Positions 13,092 to 22,671 of a DNA stretch of 64,000 nt are shown piece by piece. This DNA is from Candidatus Latescibacterota bacterium (GTDB lineage: Bacteria > Latescibacterota > UBA2968 > GCA-2709665): assembly GCA_965203805.1 (NCBI GenBank), contig OZ241917.1, positions 4,416,001 to 4,480,000 on the forward strand. Direction: 5' to 3'. The notes below the pieces were generated by a model. The model was not told the origin of the DNA, made no database searches, and worked only from the letters and a program-made list of their open reading frames with translations. The position numbers and the translations under genes were made by a program. Numbering within the stretch: the first letter of the stretch is position 1; each line of letters opens with the position of its first letter.

Positions 13092-13852
13092 CGGTCTTTC
13101 TTTCGCGCGATGAACGCCGCCACGTTCGCCCGCGCCTCGTCCGTACCGAAACAGGCCTCGAACGCTTCCGAGGCGGCGTCATCCCAGCCGGGGTCGCGGG
13201 CGGCGGAGATCCGGTTCAGCAGGGCTCTGGTCTCTCTCAGCGCTGCCGGCGGAAACGACGCCAGACGCAGCGCGAACGACCTGACGCGATCCCTCAACGC
13301 GTCGTCCGCGACGCAATCGTGCACCAGGCCGAACGCCTTCGCCTCCTCGCCGGTGACCGTTTCGCACCCCAGAGCGATCCACCTTGCGGCCGACCCGCCG
13401 ACAGCGTCCACCAGCCGGCCCATCCCCCACGGCGGCGTCCACCCCAGTTCCACCTCCGGCATGCCCAGCCTCGCCGATGACGATGCGATCCGGAAGTCGT
13501 GATACATCGCCATCACGACCCCGCCGCCGAGCACGTGGCCGTGAAGCATTGCGACGGTGGGCTGGGGGATCGCCTCGAGCATGGCGAAGGCGTCCGCGTG
13601 CTCCTTTTCCGCGTCCGCGGCTTCCCGTGCCGAAAGCGGCGCCAGGTCTTTCAGATCGCTGCCCGCGCAGAACGCCCGTCCCGCGCCGCCGGTGACCACA
13701 ACCCGCACGTCTTCCCGATCGCGTATCCCCTCGAGGTGCGCCCTGAACGCGCGCACACTTTCGAGATCCATCGCATTCAACACCTCGGGCCTGTTCAACG
13801 TCAGCCAGGCGATTCCGTTGTCAACCGTCAGATCGATCATGGCTTTCTTCAA
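13088..13852 (-). CDS. Enoyl-CoA hydratase/isomerase family protein
   Basis: LTLNRPEVLNA, AFCAGSDL, GHVLGGG, GMPEVELG; 4-bp overlap with the ligase gene. Confidence 0.92.
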   Translation of the reverse strand: MKKAMIDLTVDNGIAWLTLNRPEVLNAMDLESVRAFRAHLEGIRDREDVRVVVTGGAGRAFCAGSDLKDLAPLSAREAADAEKEHADAFAMLEAIPQPTVAMLHGHVLGGGVVMAMYHDFRIASSSARLGMPEVELGWTPPWGMGRLVDAVGGSAARWIALGCETVTGEEAKAFGLVHDCVADDALRDRVRSFALRLASFPPAALRETRALLNRISAARDPGWDDAASEAFEACFGTDEARANVAAFIARKKDR

Positions 13853-13863
13853 TTCATTTCAAC

Positions 13864-13932
13864 CGGAACTAACATGGATGGGCAGGATGGACAGGATAAA
13901 AACCAAAATGCGCGAGAAAGGCACGAGAAAAC
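13864..13932 (+). repeat. Dispersed intergenic repeat, copy 1
   Basis: CGGAACTAACATGGATGGGCAGGATGGACAGGATAAAAACCAAAATGCGCGAGAAAGGCACGAGAAAAC matches the reverse complement of 42135-42192. Confidence 0.85.
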
Positions 13933-14130
13933 GAGGAAAACCGAAAAACGCCAGAAAACGAGTAACGGCAGTGAATCGATTCACCAGACTGTGCGTCGTC
14001 ATTCCGGCCACCTTTAAGCCCCAACATTTCGCAGGCCAACCCGATTCCGGATACTCCTGGACGACCTTTACGCCCCGTTTCGGAAGTTCTCCCCGCAGTG
14101 TCGGCTTGATGGATTTTTCGACCTGAGGCA

Positions 14131-14275
14131 AATTGCCGCAAGAGGCGCAAAACAGCTATCCTGTTACAGGGCGCATAGCCGAACGTCCAGGAATTACCTG
14201 CAGCGTCACGGCGTTACGGCACACGCCGATTCGCAGCGATATTTTCTGTGCCCTTTGTGCCATTTGTGGCCAATT
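14131..14275. repeat. Imperfect inverted-repeat-bounded element (MITE/REP-like)
   Basis: aattgccgcaagaggcgcaaaa (from 14131) and tttgtgccatttgtggccaatt (~14254-14275); the left 16-mer recurs exactly, inverted, at 42061-42076. Confidence 0.5.
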
Positions 14276-14321
14276 TGACGGTTATCTTTTTTCAAATTGA
14301 GGTTGGCTCAAGCCCGGGGGT

Positions 14322-14816
14322 CTATGCGTGTTTTTTCGGATAGTCGTACGACACCATCCGCCCGAGACCGCCGGATACGTCGCCCCAGGATTCCACCTCC
14401 AGATCGATGCAGCAGACGGCGCAGGTGGGCATATAAATCGACGCGTCCGAAGCGAGATACCCGGCCAGGTCGGAGAAACCCGGATTATGTCCTACCAGGA
14501 TCACTTCGCCGCAATCGTCCGGAAGCTCCCGCACGACCCCAACCAGGTCTTGAAGGCTCGCCTCGTATACCGCCGTCTCCTTCGTGATCTTCCCGGCGGG
14601 AAATCCCAATGCCTTTGCGATCGCGCGGGATGTCTTCATCGCTCGTTTTGCAGGACTGGAGACGATCATATCGGGTCTGGCGCCGTCTTTTTTCATTCGT
14701 GCGCCCATTAACGGCGCGTCCCGTTTGCCGCGTTTGTTCAACGTGCGCTCGAAATCGCCGAGCGACGGATCGCTCCAACTCGACTTCGCGTGTCGAATCA
14801 CATAAAGCCGTTTCAT
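14322..14816 (-). CDS. sixA: Histidine phosphatase, SixA-like
   Basis: IRHAKSSW, RTLNKRG, SSPAKRA, LVGHNP, MPTCA. Confidence 0.85.
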   Translation of the reverse strand: MKRLYVIRHAKSSWSDPSLGDFERTLNKRGKRDAPLMGARMKKDGARPDMIVSSPAKRAMKTSRAIAKALGFPAGKITKETAVYEASLQDLVGVVRELPDDCGEVILVGHNPGFSDLAGYLASDASIYMPTCAVCCIDLEVESWGDVSGGLGRMVSYDYPKKHA

Positions 14817-14883
14817 GCGGTGACGCCTCCAACGCCTCTCGATGGCGGCCCTGGTCGACCCGGTCAGGCGGCAGGTGCGGCGC

Positions 14884-15780
14884 CTACGGATCGCGCACGG
14901 GTCCGCTACCGTCCCAGATCAGCCTGGGACCGCCGTCAAGACCATGAATGTGCCCGGTCTCCCGTTCCCGCGGGTATCCCAGACAATGTGATACATAGGT
15001 CACGCCCTCGATCTCGCGAAAGCGGTTTCGATGCTGGTGCCCGTATACGTGTATCGACGCCCCGATTCGCCGCACCTGCGCATCCAGGCCCCGGCATCCG
15101 GCGACGCGGCTGAAGTTGAACCCCGGATGGGGATCGGCCGGCCACTTCCCGGACGGCCGCCGTGCGGGCATGCCGTAAATCAGTTCCTTCCTCGGCAGAA
15201 AATGGCTGAACGAGATCACCGGCGCATCGTATTCCCGCGCGACGCACCTCTCGTTCAGGCGAAGGAAGAAATCTGCGGCCGGCCTCGCCGCCTCCGGCCA
15301 TCTGACGAAATGGTCATCGCTCCACATGGACAGCGTCGTGTCTTCGCCGGCTTTCGGTGAGTATAAACTGTCCGGCCCCTCCTCCGGTTTCAGATACCAC
15401 GAAAAGAGAGGAACGATCCACACGCCCGTCCCGTTGCCGGCCCTGCCGGGCCGCGTGTTGACGTCGAGTCGGTCGCAAAGGGCGAGTACCTGATCGAATT
15501 TGTCCAGAGATCCGCGGGGCGGCGTCGCTCTACGTACCCACAATTCGTGGTTTCCCGGGACGAAAAACAAACTCGAGAATCGGGACCGCAATTCCGACAG
15601 CGTCCTCTCCAGCCGGTCCATGCGGTCGGTGACGTCGCCGGCGAGGATCAACACGTCCCGCTGAAAATCGGACCGGGACAGCGCACGCACCCAGGCCAGA
15701 TTGAGCCTGGAGTCCACGTGGAGGTCGGACAGCGCGAATATGCGCAGCGTATCGTTTTCGGTCTCGCCCATGGCTGTCAA
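14884..15780 (-). CDS. Calcineurin-like metallophosphoesterase
   Basis: SDLH, AGDV, PGNHE, SHFLP, YGHQH. Confidence 0.88.
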   Translation of the reverse strand: MTAMGETENDTLRIFALSDLHVDSRLNLAWVRALSRSDFQRDVLILAGDVTDRMDRLERTLSELRSRFSSLFFVPGNHELWVRRATPPRGSLDKFDQVLALCDRLDVNTRPGRAGNGTGVWIVPLFSWYLKPEEGPDSLYSPKAGEDTTLSMWSDDHFVRWPEAARPAADFFLRLNERCVAREYDAPVISFSHFLPRKELIYGMPARRPSGKWPADPHPGFNFSRVAGCRGLDAQVRRIGASIHVYGHQHRNRFREIEGVTYVSHCLGYPRERETGHIHGLDGGPRLIWDGSGPVRDP

Positions 15781-15840
15781 CCCGTCCGCGCAGAGCAGAC
15801 GGTCATGGCCGCCTCCACGATTTGCGAAAGCAAACCGGCG

Positions 15841-16473
15841 TTATTCCCGTCTTACACGGCACACCGCCCGGGAACCGGCGTCACAGTACCAGAAATCCCC
15901 GTCCCACATCGTCATGCCGTGAGGCTCGGGATTCCCGTCGGGAATCCCGATCTTTTCGCGGACCGCTCCATCCGCAGGGTTCAACCGGTAGATTGCGCGG
16001 TGATTGGTTTCGACGCACCAGAAGTCCCCGTCCTCCCACGCAATGCCGTGCGGCCGGTCCCCGGGCGCCGGAATCGAATGTGACACTTCGAAGCCGTTCG
16101 CCACGTCCACCTGGTAGATCGTGGCCGACGGCGGCACGGCCATCCAAAGGCGGCCGTCGCGCATCTCCAGGCCGTGGGCGCCCGTTTCAACCGCGCCGGG
16201 GGTATCGAAGCGCTGCAACGTTTCGCCCGTCTGCCGGTCCACGTGGAGAATCTCCCGGCTGTACGTGGATGCCAGCCACAGCGCGGCGCCGGTGTCCGTA
16301 ATCCCGCTACCCTTGTCCGACGCCGTATCGAGCGTCTTTATCGATTCGCCCGAGAAGGAAACCAGAGCGACCTGGTTCGTCGCCTGGTCCAGAATCCAGA
16401 TCCCTTCAGACGTTGCCTGCATCCCGTTCGGATGCGGCCCGGGTGCGTCAAACTCGTGTGAAATGTCGACCAT
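15841..16473 (-). CDS. Small beta-propeller protein (glutaminyl cyclase/Vgb-like repeats)
   Basis: Repeated blades APGPHPNGM, TPGAVETGAHGLE..DGRLW, APGDRPHGIAWEDGDFW, PEPHGMTMWDGDFW; start MVDISHEF. Confidence 0.65.
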   Translation of the reverse strand: MVDISHEFDAPGPHPNGMQATSEGIWILDQATNQVALVSFSGESIKTLDTASDKGSGITDTGAALWLASTYSREILHVDRQTGETLQRFDTPGAVETGAHGLEMRDGRLWMAVPPSATIYQVDVANGFEVSHSIPAPGDRPHGIAWEDGDFWCVETNHRAIYRLNPADGAVREKIGIPDGNPEPHGMTMWDGDFWYCDAGSRAVCRVRRE

Positions 16474-16523
16474 GAGAGCGTTCCCCGTTTCTCGTGTATG
16501 AGATTTCCCGATCTGCCAGCGAG

Positions 16524-17345
16524 TCACGCCACCCGCGTCGGCCTCGTATTCATCAGTCCGATAATGCTGTCGGGGTGCTCGTCGCGGGTGCTGAAACCCG
16601 GCGTGTCGCCGCGCCGCCTATAGCGCGTGGTGCGAACGTAGGGCGGGCTCATTTCCGGATAGCTGAAAGAGGAAGGATCCGCCTTCAGCTTCGCGATCGC
16701 CGTCAATGCCCCTTCGCGGATGAGCGCGCGGGACCGCGCCGGCGCCAGGTTGACGGCGCTCAGCTTGGCGCGGCTGTAGGCGTCCGCATCCAGGTCTTCG
16801 AGGCCGTCCGGGAGCAGGCCGCGTTTCACGCCGACCGTAACCACGCCGGGCGTGAGCGACTCGGCCTCACCAGCGAACGCTTCCTCGCCGGCGGCGAAAA
16901 TCGCGGGAACACCGAGTTCCATCGCGCACAACACCAGTTGCCCGTATTCTCCAATGGAAATCCCGTTGATCGCATAGTCCACGCACGCGAAACTCCCCGT
17001 GTGGGTCAGGTGCGAAAAGGGGGTACCCGCCTTCGCGTGCTGCCCCACGTACGCCAATCCATGGTACGATTCATTCAGACTCCACGGCCAGATCGGGTCC
17101 GCGTGTCCCCGCATCAACTGCGCACGTTCGTCGAGAAGCTCCGGATCCATCGCGCCGTGCCCGTGTCCGTCCACCACCAGGATCTCTTCCGCGCCGCCCT
17201 CACAGAAACCGTCCACCGCGGCGTTGACCTCCAGCGTCAGGAGTCTCTTCGCTTTGTCGTAATACATCGCCTCCGGCACGCACCAGTCCTCGAAATTCAG
17301 AATGCCCGCGACGCCTTCCAGGTCCGTCATAATCATCAGCTTCAT
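16524..17345 (-). CDS. M55 family D-aminopeptidase (DppA-like)
   Basis: MTDLEGVAG, EVNAAVDG, VVDGHG, VGQHAKAG, LTHT, ISIGEYG. Confidence 0.9.
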   Translation of the reverse strand: MKLMIMTDLEGVAGILNFEDWCVPEAMYYDKAKRLLTLEVNAAVDGFCEGGAEEILVVDGHGHGAMDPELLDERAQLMRGHADPIWPWSLNESYHGLAYVGQHAKAGTPFSHLTHTGSFACVDYAINGISIGEYGQLVLCAMELGVPAIFAAGEEAFAGEAESLTPGVVTVGVKRGLLPDGLEDLDADAYSRAKLSAVNLAPARSRALIREGALTAIAKLKADPSSFSYPEMSPPYVRTTRYRRRGDTPGFSTRDEHPDSIIGLMNTRPTRVA

Positions 17346-17385
17346 CGCCGGTCTCCCGTCTATATGCGACCATCGTCTTATGCGT

Positions 17386-18597
17386 CTACGCTTCGCGCCC
17401 GACCCAGAAGTCGTTGAAGCCCGTCACGGGCCCGTCGTCGTTCGGTCCGCTCGCAAGATCCAACCCGCCGAACAGGTACACCGCTTCATCCAGGGACACC
17501 ATGCCGGGTACGCGCCGGACCCCCGGAAGCGTCGCGGATGCCGAATAGTCTTTCGCCCCGTCGTGCGCATGAAGACACGTCCAGGCGCCGGTACGCAGAT
17601 TCAGGCGCCAGAGGTCATTCAATTGAGGTCCATTCACTTCTTCAGGCAGGAAAGCGCCCTGCGGTCCGAACCCGCCGAAAACGTACCATCGATCGCCGAT
17701 CCGGGCCGAACCGTGGCCGTACCGGGCAGAAGGCCGGTTTACCGCCCCGAAGTTATTCTCCGCGAGGCAGGTCCACGCGGACGTGGCCGGATCGAAGCAC
17801 CAGAGGTCGTTGTAGAACTGCGGATCGCGGTCCTGCGTATCCCGCCCTCCCCAGATGTAGATCCGGTCCTGCCAGGCCGTCATCGACATCACGTACCGCT
17901 TCGACGGCCACCCCGCGCCGCCTTCCGCTTCGATCCGCTCCCAGGTCCCCGCAGCGGTATCGTACGTCCAGAGTTGCCGGCTCAGCACCGCGGTTTCCAC
18001 CGTCGGAGGAAGCGGCGCCCGATGGCCCCATCCGCCAAAGAGATAGATCCTGCTCCCGATCACGGCCGTTCCGAACCCGCCGATGGTCGTCGGACGGCCC
18101 AGGCCTGCGCAGTCGGGGTGCTCCAGCAAGACGCCGTCGTCGGGCTCCAGCAGCGTCCAGCCCGCTTCCGTCGGGTCGTACATCCACAGATCGTTCAGCA
18201 GGGTGAACTTCCACCCTTCGCTCAGGATCGACAGCCCCCCGAACAGGTAGAACCTGCCGTCAATCTCAACCCACGCGGGCAGCATGCGGGCGCAGGGCCG
18301 GTCCGCCAAGACGTCAAAACCTGTCGCGCCGTCGTTCTCCTCCAGCAGGTCCCATTCTTCAGTCGCAGGATCGTACGCCCACATGTCGTTCAACCCGCCG
18401 AGCGTGGATTTATTTCCCTGCCCGGCGGAGGCGCCGTATCTGAGCGTACCACCGCCGAACATGTAAACGCGTCCCCGGAACGACAGCATCGCGCCCGGCG
18501 CTTCTCTGGCGCAGGGCACGTTGCCGTCAGTCGACTCGACGTGCGGATGGCACATCCGCCAACGGAATGTGGAGTCCATAGTATTCCTGGGCCGCAA
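17386..18597 (-). CDS. Kelch-repeat beta-propeller protein
   Basis: Repeated YMFGG/YLFGG/YIWGG/YVFGG followed by LNDLWxYD..W blades. Confidence 0.88.
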   Translation of the reverse strand: MRPRNTMDSTFRWRMCHPHVESTDGNVPCAREAPGAMLSFRGRVYMFGGGTLRYGASAGQGNKSTLGGLNDMWAYDPATEEWDLLEENDGATGFDVLADRPCARMLPAWVEIDGRFYLFGGLSILSEGWKFTLLNDLWMYDPTEAGWTLLEPDDGVLLEHPDCAGLGRPTTIGGFGTAVIGSRIYLFGGWGHRAPLPPTVETAVLSRQLWTYDTAAGTWERIEAEGGAGWPSKRYVMSMTAWQDRIYIWGGRDTQDRDPQFYNDLWCFDPATSAWTCLAENNFGAVNRPSARYGHGSARIGDRWYVFGGFGPQGAFLPEEVNGPQLNDLWRLNLRTGAWTCLHAHDGAKDYSASATLPGVRRVPGMVSLDEAVYLFGGLDLASGPNDDGPVTGFNDFWVGREA

Positions 18598-18636
18598 TTC
18601 CTGATTCCGCGAGTACCCGTTTCGCCTGCCGCCGGA

Positions 18637-20337
18637 TCAGACAGCGACCCGCAGGATCAGACGTGAGGGATATTCCGCCGAATGGTGGACTTCCTGGGTT
18701 GCCGCCACGAGTTTGGTATCCGCCAGATCGTTCCCGCCGGTATTGTGATTCCTGTCGTGATTCGGAAAGTCGCTGCTGGTGATTTCCAGGCGGATCCGGT
18801 GCCCGGAAAGGAACCGGCAGGCGGTGGCCGTCAATCGAATGCGATACTCCGTTACGTGTCCGGGTGTGATGAACTCCTCCTCGTCCAGCGCCAGGCGGTG
18901 CCGGGCGCGGACCATCCCGTAGGAGATCTCCATCGCGGGACCGTTCGGGACTTCGTCCACCAGGCGGGCGAAGAAATCGGTATCGGGCGCCGAGGTGGCG
19001 GCATAGAAAATGACCTCGGGATATCCCACGATTTCTACGTCGACCTCCAGGACCCGCGTGCGGTATATCAGGATATCCTGCCGGTAGTCCAGCCGTCTCC
19101 TGTCCGACGGTTCCGTATACAGACCCCTCGACCAGAGCGTGGGTACCGGATCGTTCGGATCGTACACGAACCCGTCGGGCTTCGATCCCGCGCCGGGCCC
19201 ATCCTGCAGGCGTCCGGATCCCATGGTGAGGTGTGCGTCGCCTTCGCTGTCCAGATAGTAAACTGCACGCGAGGTTCCCGGGGGAGGCCAGGTCGACGCC
19301 GTCTTCCACGCGCCCGATCCCATCACGAAGTATCGTACCGCCGGGTCCCGGTCCACCCCGTTATCCGTGCCCTTCAGCCAGCGGTCGAACCAGCGGATCA
19401 TCGCATCCTGCAGGTTCAGACTCGCCTCGGGACCGAAATCGAACGGTCCCTGGCGCCGGTTTCCGAGGCCGCTGTGGTTCCACGGGCCGACCACGAGCCG
19501 GGTCTGCGTTCTGGCGATTTCCGAACGGCCATGCTTCTGCATCAGGCCCAGGTGCGCCATCGTGCCCCCGCAATGGTCGTACCAACCGCTGAAGTCCAGG
19601 TTCGGGACCTCCACTTCGCGGTGCACCTCGTCGAACTTCCAGCACCGGCGGTTGGGATGTCGCAACCAGTCCTCGGCGTAACCCGCCATTGCATCGGGCA
19701 GATAGCGGGGGAGGTCCAGCCAAGGCATGAAATAGAGCCACCGCATATGCTCGACGTTCTCCCAGATCTCCACGGCCTCGTCCCGGTGATGCGGGCCCGG
19801 GCCGCCCGCCCGCCTGCGGATATCCGGCGCGATCGTCCCCATCCACCACTTGACGCGCCGCCCCGGGCGGAAAGACCCCCACCAGTCCACTTCAGTGTTC
19901 TCCAGCGGTATCGACCAGGCGCACATTGCGACCAGATGCGGCGGCCGCAGCTTTGCCAGCATCCACTGCATCCAGGCGTTGTACGACCCGCCGAACGTGC
20001 CGACCTTTCCGTTGCAATACGGCTGCCGCGCCAGCCACTCGACGCTCTCGTAGCCATCCTGCGCATCCGGTGTGCCGCCCTCCACGGTATACGGGATGTA
20101 CTTCCCGCCGGAAGCGTACCGCCCGCGCGAGTCCTGCGTGACCACGGCGTAACCGGACCGGACAACCCGATCGAAGCCACCCTCGGGCTTTCCGTAGGGC
20201 GTTCGCATCAGCAGACCCGGATACCGTCCGGGGGCGTCCGGCCGGAACACGTTCGCTCGAAGCGTGATCCCGTCCGACATCCCGACGGGGACGTTTTTCT
20301 CAACGACGATTTCCAGGATTTCGTTCTTCTTCGCCAT
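18637..20337 (-). CDS. CocE/NonD family hydrolase (S15)
   Basis: MRTPYGK, QDSRGRYASGG, FGGSYNA nucleophile elbow, GWYD, VGPWNH, GHRIRLEITSSDFP. Confidence 0.92.
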   Translation of the reverse strand: MAKKNEILEIVVEKNVPVGMSDGITLRANVFRPDAPGRYPGLLMRTPYGKPEGGFDRVVRSGYAVVTQDSRGRYASGGKYIPYTVEGGTPDAQDGYESVEWLARQPYCNGKVGTFGGSYNAWMQWMLAKLRPPHLVAMCAWSIPLENTEVDWWGSFRPGRRVKWWMGTIAPDIRRRAGGPGPHHRDEAVEIWENVEHMRWLYFMPWLDLPRYLPDAMAGYAEDWLRHPNRRCWKFDEVHREVEVPNLDFSGWYDHCGGTMAHLGLMQKHGRSEIARTQTRLVVGPWNHSGLGNRRQGPFDFGPEASLNLQDAMIRWFDRWLKGTDNGVDRDPAVRYFVMGSGAWKTASTWPPPGTSRAVYYLDSEGDAHLTMGSGRLQDGPGAGSKPDGFVYDPNDPVPTLWSRGLYTEPSDRRRLDYRQDILIYRTRVLEVDVEIVGYPEVIFYAATSAPDTDFFARLVDEVPNGPAMEISYGMVRARHRLALDEEEFITPGHVTEYRIRLTATACRFLSGHRIRLEITSSDFPNHDRNHNTGGNDLADTKLVAATQEVHHSAEYPSRLILRVAV

Positions 20338-20378
20338 TCCCGTCCTTACACTTCCATACCGTTACAGCGGTCCGAAGT

Positions 20379-21935
20379 TCAGATCCGTTCCATGATTTCC
20401 CGAAAACCGTTCAAGGCATCCAGGAATCCCGATGGACCGGGCATCGGCCAGAGGCAGAAGATCCCGTCGAAACTCCGGCACCGGAGATTGGAGAGAATCT
20501 CGACGAGTTCCGCGTTGCCCCCGCCGGGGATCGCCGGGTCGCCGCTCGCCGCGACGACGTCCCTGAATTCAACGTGCCTCACAAACCGGCGGATCGGTCC
20601 CTTGTACAGTCCCGAGTAGAACGGGCTTCCGCCCGACAGCGCGACGGCCGCCGGATCGTACGCCATTTTCACCCCGTTCGACCCAATCGCTCGCAGACTC
20701 TTTGAGATCTCCAACGGGCTGATTCCGTCGGGATTCCCCACGAGAACGTCGACGCCGTTTTCGTCGGCTGCCCGGCAGAGCCGTTGAAGCAAATCATCCA
20801 CGCCCGCGTGGTCGAGGTTGTCCGGAAGCCGGACGTGCAGGTACTCCGCATTCAATGCGGCCGCCTGCTCACAACGCTCCGCCGCAGTCACCGCAGACGC
20901 GTACGGTGCGCGCATCGCAACGGGTTCCACCCCCATCGCCGTCAGTTGTCCGTTCAGGTTCGTGGCGCCGTCGAGTTGCTTCGCATGCACTTCTACCGAC
21001 GAGATCCCCGCCCCGGCTACTTGCTCCAGCGCCCGTTCGGGGTTGGCATCAACCGCCCACAGCGGCGCGCTAAGCCTGAATTTCTCTTCCTCCATAAGGG
21101 ATTCCAGCGATTTGCCGCCATTGGCTACCGCATCGCGCCGGACCGTCGGCCGCCCCGCCGAAGCACGCGCGGTCTTCTCCCTGAATCCCACGCAATCTGC
21201 GCAATGCGGGTTCTCGTCCAGCGCAAATCCCGGATCGCGCGACATTTCGCGGCGCATCACGGCCGCCGCGCGGGGCGCGTCAATCAGGCGGCATACCGCC
21301 GGACCGACCGTACCCACGGCCATCGCGCCTTCGGCTCTGAAGAGCCGGTCGAACTTCAACACGCCGCCGCGGTGACCGCCCGGACAACGGCGAATCGACA
21401 TCGTGCGGACCTCGCCGGAGGCGTCCACGTATTGCATTTCCAGTTCGCGGAGGTACGGCAGGTCCAGCTCCGCCTCCACCGTGTGCAGCAGCGTCATCGT
21501 ATCCAGGTCGCACCCGATGTGCAGCACCATTCCGCCGAGGGTGATCAGGCGGCCATAGGGCGTTTCCGGGCCGTCGGGCACGGCGCTCTTCTCGTGATCG
21601 GAGAGGATCTCATCCGCCCTCGCACCGCACCCCGCCACCGGATGATAGGGGTGCCGGCTGCGCAGCACGCCGGGCCGCAGCCGGAACGTCTCGCTGATGG
21701 TTCCCATATCGGAAGGGATCGTGTCCGGATCGAACGTGCGTCCGTCGCGTGCCGGATGGGTGGGCATCAGCAGGGTCCCTCCGCGACCCAGGACATCGAG
21801 AAGGGCGTCGATCACCCCGTCCGCGCCGCCCGCAACGCGGCCCAGAGCGCTCAGGGACGAGTGCACGACCACCATCGCGCCCGGCTGCAATCCGAGCGCC
21901 GACAACCCGTCTGCGATTTCACGTTGCGTCAGCAT
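20379..21935 (-). CDS. AAC(3)/YokD-family N-acetyltransferase fused to a C-terminal xylose-isomerase-like TIM barrel
   Basis: VVVHSSLSALG, GGADGVIDALL, GTLLMPT, MGTISETFR, SRHP, TLLHTVE; C-terminal half has MAYDPA, RHVEFRD, PGGGNAE, LRCRSFDG. Confidence 0.75.
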   Translation of the reverse strand: MLTQREIADGLSALGLQPGAMVVVHSSLSALGRVAGGADGVIDALLDVLGRGGTLLMPTHPARDGRTFDPDTIPSDMGTISETFRLRPGVLRSRHPYHPVAGCGARADEILSDHEKSAVPDGPETPYGRLITLGGMVLHIGCDLDTMTLLHTVEAELDLPYLRELEMQYVDASGEVRTMSIRRCPGGHRGGVLKFDRLFRAEGAMAVGTVGPAVCRLIDAPRAAAVMRREMSRDPGFALDENPHCADCVGFREKTARASAGRPTVRRDAVANGGKSLESLMEEEKFRLSAPLWAVDANPERALEQVAGAGISSVEVHAKQLDGATNLNGQLTAMGVEPVAMRAPYASAVTAAERCEQAAALNAEYLHVRLPDNLDHAGVDDLLQRLCRAADENGVDVLVGNPDGISPLEISKSLRAIGSNGVKMAYDPAAVALSGGSPFYSGLYKGPIRRFVRHVEFRDVVAASGDPAIPGGGNAELVEILSNLRCRSFDGIFCLWPMPGPSGFLDALNGFREIMERI

Positions 21936-21950
21936 CGTTGCCTGGAGTTC

Positions 21951-22670
21951 CTATCGCCACTCGATCAGCGCCTTGACGTATGCGCGGCCCACCAGTCGGT
22001 GTCCTTCCCTCAGATACGGTATATGATGACCTGCCAGTATACAGTCCACGTGAAGACCCGCCAGCCGCTTCAGCGTGCGGATGTACGTGGGTTTGTCAAA
22101 TTCCTCTCCGCCCTGCCAGCCCAGTTCGGGCTGAAAGCCGGTATTTCCGCAGAACAGCACGTCGCCGGCCAGCCAGATTGTCTTTCCGGCGTGTTCGAAC
22201 CGGTAGATGACGCATCCGTTCGTGTGGCCCGGCGCGTGGATGACGTCGAAACGGAATCCGCAGGCCTCGATCGTGTCGCCGTCTTCGACCACCCGGTCCA
22301 CCTTGCAGGCCGGCAGGCGGAATCCGGCGGCATAGGGTATCGTCCGCGCGTCCGATTTCTCGATTCCCTCCGCGTCGCCCGGACCCGCGATCACGAAAGC
22401 GCCCCGCTCGCGGATCGCGGCCGCGTTGCCGATGTGATCGTAATGGCTGTGGGTCAGAAACAGGTAGTCCACTGTTTCCAGCGAGATCCCCCATACGTTC
22501 AACTGCGCCTCGGCGCGCTCCAGGTCGGCGGGCACCGAGCCCGAATCGACCACGATGGTACCTGAGTCGTTGTGCAGGACGTAGAAATTCGGGTGCTGCG
22601 CGTATGCGAACCCGTCCGCGAGATAGATATCCGGCAGAATCTGCATTTCGGCCTCCGTCGGCCTTGTCAC
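21951..22670 (-). CDS. Metallo-beta-lactamase fold hydrolase
   Basis: VDSG, LTHSHYDHIG (HxHxDH), APGHTNG, AGDVLF, AGHH. Confidence 0.9.
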   Translation of the reverse strand: MTRPTEAEMQILPDIYLADGFAYAQHPNFYVLHNDSGTIVVDSGSVPADLERAEAQLNVWGISLETVDYLFLTHSHYDHIGNAAAIRERGAFVIAGPGDAEGIEKSDARTIPYAAGFRLPACKVDRVVEDGDTIEACGFRFDVIHAPGHTNGCVIYRFEHAGKTIWLAGDVLFCGNTGFQPELGWQGGEEFDKPTYIRTLKRLAGLHVDCILAGHHIPYLREGHRLVGRAYVKALIEWR

Positions 22671-22671
22671 G

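Noticed and set aside
13859-14150. Small ORFs in the 13.85-14.3 kb gap (also 42053-42241 and 6438-6857)
   Set aside because: They translate repeat sequence, have no RBS or motif, and no intact GxxExxY or transposase frame is visible.
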